The notes under the pieces were generated by a model, which worked only from the letters and a program-made list of their open reading frames with translations, was not told where the DNA came from and ran no database searches. Both the position numbers and the translations under genes were made by a program. From contig JALUDK010000329.1 of the NCBI GenBank assembly GCA_027044005.1, positions 1-26,558 on the forward strand: a stretch of DNA of 26,558 nucleotides. Direction: 5' to 3'. This document shows positions 26,391 through 26,558 of this stretch, in pieces; position 1 is the first letter of the stretch; each line of letters begins with the position of its first letter. The stretch comes from Acidilobaceae archaeon (GTDB lineage: Archaea; Thermoproteota; Thermoprotei_A; Sulfolobales; Acidilobaceae).

Positions 26391-26558
26391 ATGGATGCCT
26401 TGACTATAGAGTCTCTAGCCAGGCTCCTACGCCTCCTAGGAAAGAGGGGCTCCAGGTACCTGGAGGAGGGGATAAGGGAGGCAGTGGATATGGGAGGGGA
26501 CGCCTCCAGGATATACCACCGTGTTGGGATGCTCTACAGAGACTACTACGGCGAGGTC
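26391..26558 (+). CDS. Hypothetical protein, N-terminal part (runs off window)
   Basis: ATG 26391 after GGGG and TATAATA; open to the end: MDALTIESLARLLRLLGKRGSRYLEEGIREAVDMGGDASRIYHRVGMLYRDYYGEV. Host-like codon usage. Confidence 0.65.
   Translation, partial: MDALTIESLARLLRLLGKRGSRYLEEGIREAVDMGGDASRIYHRVGMLYRDYYGEV

Noticed and set aside
1-26558. CRISPR array, tRNA/rRNA genes, IS/integrase
   Set aside because: By eye I found no regularly spaced 24-40 nt repeats, no cloverleaf with a TTCRA loop, no rRNA-like stretch, and no transposase or recombinase motifs.

Overview
Gene-dense archaeal chromosomal window, most likely Thermoprotei (Desulfurococcales/Acidilobales, Aeropyrum-like). This is inferred from FBP aldolase/phosphatase, archaeal TpiA, aIF2-alpha/Nop10, CarS, DUF1286- and DUF5622-like genes, frequent TTG/GTG starts and AGG/ATA/CTA-rich codons. 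It holds about 27 CDSs, two of them cut by the window edges and one (nop10) missing from the supplied ORF track. They are mostly housekeeping: SurE, RNA m5C methyltransferase, nitroreductase, orphan solute-binding protein, fbp-tpiA, GcvT, IlvD, Nramp-like transporter, radical SAM, Lon-like protease, UDG and a GT2. I found no tRNA, rRNA, CRISPR array or transposase/integrase. The most notable items are: (1) a 1331-aa RecQ-family helicase with an intact core, a ~600-aa N-terminus that looks like decayed exonuclease/helicase modules, and no canonical RQC zinc site; (2) three unannotated intergenic box C/D-like guide sRNAs, two with 11-12 nt complementarity to conserved 16S rRNA segments as I recall them; (3) a JAMM/MPN+ motif protein of unknown substrate next to the RecQ/sRNA locus. 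All family assignments come from motif recognition by eye; no searches were run.
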